A stretch of DNA of 52,422 nt from Octopus bimaculoides. Taxonomy: Eukaryota. Positions 47,095 to 52,422 of this stretch are shown piece by piece (position 1 is the first letter of the stretch; each line of letters opens with the position of its first letter). The stretch is taken from positions 8,278,621 to 8,331,042 of the forward strand of contig NC_069009.1 of assembly GCF_001194135.2 (NCBI RefSeq), given 5' to 3'. The translations under genes and the position numbers were made by a program. The notes under the pieces were generated by a model that was given only the letters and a program-made list of their open reading frames with translations, did no database searches and was not told the DNA's origin.

Positions 47095-47390
47095 ATCTAG
47101 CATTTACTAGTTTCAGTCATTGGATTGTGGCCATGCTGGGGCACTGCCTTGAAGAATTCTAGTTGAACAAATCAACCCCAGTAATTTTTTTTTTGTAAAG
47201 CCTGGTACTTAAAGACACATGCACACACATGTATGTGAAGGGCTTCTTTCAGTTTCTGCCAATCAAATCCACTCACGTGGTTTTGGTCAGTCTAAGGCTA
47301 TAGTAGGGACACTTGTCCAAGATGTCACACAGTGAATTTGAAACTAGACCCATGTGGTTGGGAAGCAAACCTCTTAGCATACAGCCATGC
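47095..47390 (-). mobile_element. SINE family A copy
   Basis: Diverged reverse complement of the family consensus. Confidence 0.75.
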
Positions 47391-47595
47391 CTAAAATACT
47401 AGGGAATACAAAAGTCTAATGAACAAATCTTGAACACTGTGTGTGTGTGAGTGTGTGTGCATGTCAGTGTGGGCAGCGTGAGCATATGAAAGACAGATAG
47501 ATAAATAGACAGTATATAGTGCATATGATTGTGTTAAAGAAGAGGTATGAAATGTATGTATGTGTGTGCATATATATATTTCCAAGATGTATGCA

Positions 47596-47630
<35 letters not shown>

Positions 47631-48150
47631 TTATTCATGTATGTGTTTATGTATATATATATATTTCCAAGAAGAAATATTTATGTGTGTGTATATGTAT
47701 GTATAAATATACACACACACACACATTTCCATTGTGTTACTTCTACAGGTCTTGTCTTAATGTTGTCTCAGAGCCGAGCCATATAGCTTTGTTTTGTTTG
47801 TATATTTTTATTCGTACCAACAAACAGGGTTGTGTTTGTTTTTGTCTCCATCCCTTACACTCACTCATTATTATTCTCAGCAGCTTTTTGCTGTTGACGC
47901 CACCAAAAATGAACAATATTATCATTAAAGGTGTGAAATTGTAGAGACTTTTGGACAATAACTGACAGGGTAAGATCATGTCCTGTGTGTCAATTTTCTC
48001 TCTGTTCTTTTGCTGTCCTTTGGGTCAATTTTTGAACGAATATATGTATACATATATTTCGCTTAGGCATTGTGAGATTAATAACCCAGAGTAGAACTCA
48101 ATATATGTATGCTTCAGAATGAAGTGTTGGCTGAGTATAGAGTGGTAATA

Positions 48151-48587
48151 AGAGAAAACGTGATGACAAAGGGATAAATGATTATCTTATGAACTACAGC
48201 TCTTTCTGCTATAAGATGCAGTGAATACATAGTTGAGTGCTTGAATAACACCCTATAGCTTCATCAGAACCTCAAGTATGAAATGTAATTTACTTAGGAA
48301 AGGATCACATTTGTGTCTATATAGAAAATGGTATCAACAATATTTTGGATATATAGTTTTCTTATATACATCTGTATTGACTTTTCTCATTGTTGATGCC
48401 ATTCCCTATATAGGCACAAATGTAATTCTCTCCCAAATAAATTGCAATTCATATTCAAGGCTCTGATGAAGCAATAAGGTGTTATTCAGGCACTCAAGTA
48501 TGAGTTCACGGTATCTTATAGCAGAAACAGCTGTAAGCTAACGAAGTTCACAAGATAATTGTTTATTCCTTTGTCGTTTATTTTTCT

Positions 48588-48589
<2 letters not shown>
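48151..48589. repeat. Foldback element: arms about 48151-48340 and 48390-48589
   Basis: The arms are reverse-complementary with scattered mismatches and one short indel; loop about 49 nt. Confidence 0.85.
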
Positions 48590-48631
<42 letters not shown>

Positions 48632-48679
48632 CAAGAGAGAGAGAGAGTGTGTGTGTGTGAGAGAGAGAATCAGTGGCAT

Positions 48680-51289
48680 TCATTCATCAGCATTGTCAAA
48701 TTGTCCAGTAAATTTTCTGAAACCAACAAAGTTATAATTTATGTTCTCTTTGTGAATATCGGCTGGCAAGAATATGTGACCTCTGCTTAGTGCAGCACTT
48801 GTGGTGGTCATGGTGCGTTGTCTGCAGCTGGAATTGTGCTTAACAGTGTTGTTTGTCATAGTAATGTTCATGGTGTGGTCACGACAAGCAGTGGTCCCTT
48901 TGCTGGCCCCACTTTGCTCTTTATCCCAGTCTTCCTCCTCTTTTCGTTTCACCTCAGACATGTTCCCCTTGTTTGTGTGGTTACTATGGTGATGGTCTGT
49001 ATTGACACTGTTGTCACAGTGACATTGATGGCAGAAAGGCATTCTGTGGATTTCTGCTGCAACATGATCTTGCTTAGTGCCATCACCACTGCCTCTGATG
49101 TTGCCTTTGAGCTGCTGGGTTAGGGTCATTGAAGATTTCAAGGGGTCACTACATGACTCTGTAGAACCCACAAATGAGCTATCTATGGTGCTGTAAATAC
49201 ATCCACAAGGAGAGTTCTGAGGAGCAGATTGGTGGTTATTTCTTGATGGCAATGTGTCTTTACCTCCCTGTTGATATGTGATTTGACTATATACCTCTCC
49301 TTTCTTATCTTCATCTTCATCATCATCATCATCACGGTTTTTACCTTCATCCCTTCCTTCTTCATCTCCATCAAAGTCTTCAAACTGTCCTGCAAGTGAT
49401 GTAGTGAAGTAGTGATTACAGGCTGTGGTGAGCTGGGGATTCACAGTATGAGAGGTGGACGACAAATCACATTGCACAAATGGGTTGCTACCAACGTCCA
49501 GATAGGTGAGCCTTTCGAATATCTCAAGGATCTTTAGTTCATGCAGGATGCAATTATTGCAAAGGTCTAGGTAGACTAATTGCGCAGACAACTTACCAAA
49601 GGTTGATGGCAAGTCCACCAGGTTGTTGTGAGACACCTCCAGGTGCTTGAGCGCAGGCAGGTGTCCAAAGTGCTCAGGTAGGCAATTCAGTGAGTTCCTT
49701 GAAAGCAGACATAGTTGTAAAGAGTTCAGGTAACAGAAAGAATCTGGTAACCATTCAAGTTGGTTGTCGCACAGATTCAGCATCTTCAGGGACCGCAAGT
49801 CGCCAAAATTATTGGGTAAGTTCTGCAAGCAATTCCCATCAATGCTTAACAAAGTAACAGCATGGAGCTGACAGAAGCTGTTTGGCAGTCCTTTCAAGAG
49901 ATTGCCAACAGATTCTGCATTCTGATTGTCAACAAAAGGGTTTCGTCCCAAATTTAAACAACTCAATGATTGTAGTCCTCCAAAGCCATTGGCCAAATCA
50001 CTCAACCGGTTTTCTGACACATCCAACACCATGAGCTGTGTGGCTGTGCGACCAAACTCTTCAAAGTCTGGCCACTCAGTCAACAGGTTCTCACCAACCT
50101 GGAATTCTTGAATTTTCGACATTTTTGCTATCCAAGGTGGTAACTTTTCAATAGAGTTCTTCTGGATGTAAAGTTGGTTGAGACATGCAGATGACTGAAA
50201 GTGTAATGGCAGACTTCGCAAACAATTGTTAGACAAGTCGAGAGTCTGTAGGTTTTCTAGCACCGAAATGCTTGCTGGCAGATACTCCAACTGGTTGTCA
50301 TTGGCAGCAAGCAACTTCAAAGACTTCAAGGATCCGATGTTTGCTGGCAGTTGTTTTAAGCGATTCATATCAACTTGTAACAATTTCAAATGCTGAAGAT
50401 AACCAACCGACTGTGGAAGCTCTGTGAGTTGGTTTTCACTGCATACCAAGGCCTCCAGATATAACAGGTTACCCAAATCTTCAGGTAGCGACCTCAAATG
50501 ACAACTCACCAGCTTCAAAACCCTTACACTATTTCTTAGGATTATATCTTCAAGTTTTCCCATAGATGTTAGCTGACGGAACAAAGTGAACTGCTGTGCA
50601 CCCTCTATATTTTCTACCAGTCTTTCTGTATATGGAAGTTCCATGCCAATGTTGCTGTTGCCAAAGGGATGAGATGCAACAGGGACACCTAATTCATGAG
50701 GGTTGCTTGATTCTGCACAACCCATGTTATCACTTTCAATGCCAGTACTTCCCAGATTTCTGAGATTAACGTTACCATCAGCTTCTTCTATCAATGAACT
50801 GCTATGAAAAGTTGGGCAAGAATCTGAATTATTCACCTCAATCTCAACCTTGTCTAAGTTACTCTGAGGAGAATTTAAATTTTGCTTCTTCTTCTCAATT
50901 GGAGAATCAGTCTTAGTTATCCAAGAATCCTTAGCAAGAGTTAAACCAGACTCTGAGACATTGATGCCAGTGTCAATATTGTTTAATGTGTTTATAGGGG
51001 CTGACCCCATCATCTGGTTCTTGGAATCAGTGTCAATATTATTTAGGGTGTCTTTACAGTCTGATGAATTGGTCCCTAACTCAACATTATTTGAGGTGTC
51101 CATGAGAGGATTCAAGGTTGTCTTGTTGTCAATGTTCCTATCCTTGGGGCTATAGTCATCTAAGGTACTTCCCTTGGTACTAGGGGATTTACCTGCTGAG
51201 CCTTTTTTCTTCTTCTTCTTTGTCCTGTGACTCCGACATGCAGACTCAATGCCAGCCCTGGATGAATCGGAGTCCATCATTTGCTCCAA
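48680..51289 (-). CDS. Intracellular leucine-rich-repeat protein (about 15 LRRs), 2.6-kb terminal exon
   Basis: 869-codon open frame; LxxLxLxxNxLxxLP repeats; low-complexity N- and C-terminal regions; no signal peptide or TM segment visible. Preceded by a polypyrimidine tract and TAG acceptor (AG at 51291-51290); first ATG at 51280. Confidence 0.9.
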   Translation of the reverse strand: MEQMMDSDSSRAGIESACRSHRTKKKKKKGSAGKSPSTKGSTLDDYSPKDRNIDNKTTLNPLMDTSNNVELGTNSSDCKDTLNNIDTDSKNQMMGSAPINTLNNIDTGINVSESGLTLAKDSWITKTDSPIEKKKQNLNSPQSNLDKVEIEVNNSDSCPTFHSSSLIEEADGNVNLRNLGSTGIESDNMGCAESSNPHELGVPVASHPFGNSNIGMELPYTERLVENIEGAQQFTLFRQLTSMGKLEDIILRNSVRVLKLVSCHLRSLPEDLGNLLYLEALVCSENQLTELPQSVGYLQHLKLLQVDMNRLKQLPANIGSLKSLKLLAANDNQLEYLPASISVLENLQTLDLSNNCLRSLPLHFQSSACLNQLYIQKNSIEKLPPWIAKMSKIQEFQVGENLLTEWPDFEEFGRTATQLMVLDVSENRLSDLANGFGGLQSLSCLNLGRNPFVDNQNAESVGNLLKGLPNSFCQLHAVTLLSIDGNCLQNLPNNFGDLRSLKMLNLCDNQLEWLPDSFCYLNSLQLCLLSRNSLNCLPEHFGHLPALKHLEVSHNNLVDLPSTFGKLSAQLVYLDLCNNCILHELKILEIFERLTYLDVGSNPFVQCDLSSTSHTVNPQLTTACNHYFTTSLAGQFEDFDGDEEGRDEGKNRDDDDDEDEDKKGEVYSQITYQQGGKDTLPSRNNHQSAPQNSPCGCIYSTIDSSFVGSTESCSDPLKSSMTLTQQLKGNIRGSGDGTKQDHVAAEIHRMPFCHQCHCDNSVNTDHHHSNHTNKGNMSEVKRKEEEDWDKEQSGASKGTTACRDHTMNITMTNNTVKHNSSCRQRTMTTTSAALSRGHIFLPADIHKENINYNFVGFRKFTGQFDNADE

Positions 51290-51335
51290 CTAAAATGGAT
51301 TTGGAAGAAAGAAAAAAGAAAAACAAAAAAACCTT
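51290..51335 (-). promoter_or_regulatory. 3' splice site (polypyrimidine tract and AG) upstream of the LRR exon
   Basis: Minus strand TTTTTTGTTTTTCTTTTTTCTTTCTTCCAAATCCATTTTAG|TTGGAG. Confidence 0.65.
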
Positions 51336-51497
51336 CATTAATATAATTATTATGGAGAAACTCAAAGACTTAATTAGTTAATTATTAAAACTAGTGCATG
51401 ACTCGTCATTTTATGCCTAGAATAAATAATAGTTTGCTTCATTGAAATAAAGATACAAATGCATGAAAAACAATGATGAAATAAAAGAAGCCTTAAA

Positions 51498-51720
51498 CCC
51501 ATTAGCATTCAAATGATTCAATCAAATGTGGTGCTTATTTATTCACATTGTTTTGAATTAATAATCATGCATTATCTTTTAGCTTCAAGATTATGATGTG
51601 ATTGTTTCTATTTTTAGAATGACATTATAGGGTAGATGGCAAAGACCAGATCTGGCTGGTTTTAACATAAAACAGGTAGAAGATTTGAGCCTAATATCAC
51701 AGGCTTCAATGCTAAAAGGG
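51498..51720. mobile_element. piggyBac-type MITE, same family as 36921-37128
   Basis: CCCATTAGCATTC ... GCTAAAAGGG|TTAA. Confidence 0.8.
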
Positions 51721-52121
51721 TTAATGGATCAAAATACATTTAAGTTTTTAACATCATTTACTTTCATAGAGCACATAGCATCTTCAGATGTATTCTTTCA
51801 AAAGAGTGAATTTCAACTATTCTTCTGCAATGACTGCATGAAGGAACCCATGTTGGACAGTGCCTGTGAGTTACATTATGTATTGGGTGAGAGCTTGGGG
51901 TAAAAGCAGTGGTAAATTGAGGGACCTTTTAAAAGGAGCAGCTTATGGCCGATCTCAAAATGCTGAACCTTCCAATGAGGAAACAGGCGAATGAGGTATA
52001 AGTTTGAGCCTTGATGATTTAAAAGAGGTTTTTAATATTGTAATCCATATCAGGTAAAATGTTCTTGTCACTATGATATGGTCTTGTTGCTGCACCATTT
52101 AATGCTCTTCCAAACGCCAAC

Positions 52122-52422
52122 TGTTATGTTTCCCTCGGATGACTCGTAGAGATAACACAACGAGTTGTACAATTTAATTATTACATTTATTATTCAATTA
52201 CATACAAAGAACGCACTCACCCAATGTTCGTTATGAATAAACAAAAGTCATGTCCGCCATATATATATCAATGACATTTTACTCCGACAGTCACACAAGA
52301 CAACAACAATGAAACAATGAACTCAGACGAACCACATGACACACGGAACGTCAGACGAATTACATATCTAACAGTCCATATAACACCTCCCCACTGAAAT
52401 TGATGCCACACAAGAAGTATCA
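52122..52422 (-). mobile_element. 3' LTR (52122-52385) and PPT of an LTR retrotransposon extending beyond the window
   Basis: TGTTAT..ATAACA termini; minus-strand AATAAA; PPT AGTGGGGAGG (52386-52395) abuts the LTR. Confidence 0.78.

Noticed and set aside
7427-47979. Numerous short ORFs and N-spanning ORFs in the supplied track
   Set aside because: They arise from microsatellites, SINEs or runs of N and have no coding evidence.

Overview
Eukaryotic, AT-rich, microsatellite-rich and gapped genomic DNA (11 N-gaps). The repeat landscape, TTAGGG repeats and single-exon C2H2 array suggest an octopus or other cephalopod; this is inference, not verified. Host-gene content is small: one intact 12-finger C2H2 zinc-finger ORF (30656-31882, +), one 2.6-kb LRR-protein exon (48680-51289, -), and a frameshifted intronless CSGALNACT-like fragment (26826-28018, +). 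The rest is nested mobile DNA: a Tx1/L1-type LINE, two Gypsy remnants, a solo LTR and a terminal LTR, two Penelope-like GIY-YIG remnants, mariner, Chapaev3-like, Helitron, Merlin-like, RLE-LINE and RTE fragments, hAT/piggyBac/unclassified MITEs, and many tRNA-derived SINEs. The most notable signal is six type-I hammerhead ribozyme motifs from four different sequence families between 3.8 and 23.4 kb, found by manual folding. One lies inside a tRNA-headed SINE-like element with an inverted terminal duplication, and two lie in a 720-bp near-perfect palindrome. Also notable are a 6-bp-TSD foldback element with a head-to-head telomeric core, a (TTAGGG)5 insertion in a Gypsy ORF, and a Penelope GIY-YIG domain split by about 127 codons of low-complexity sequence. 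All alignments, counts and folds were done by eye; no database searches were run.
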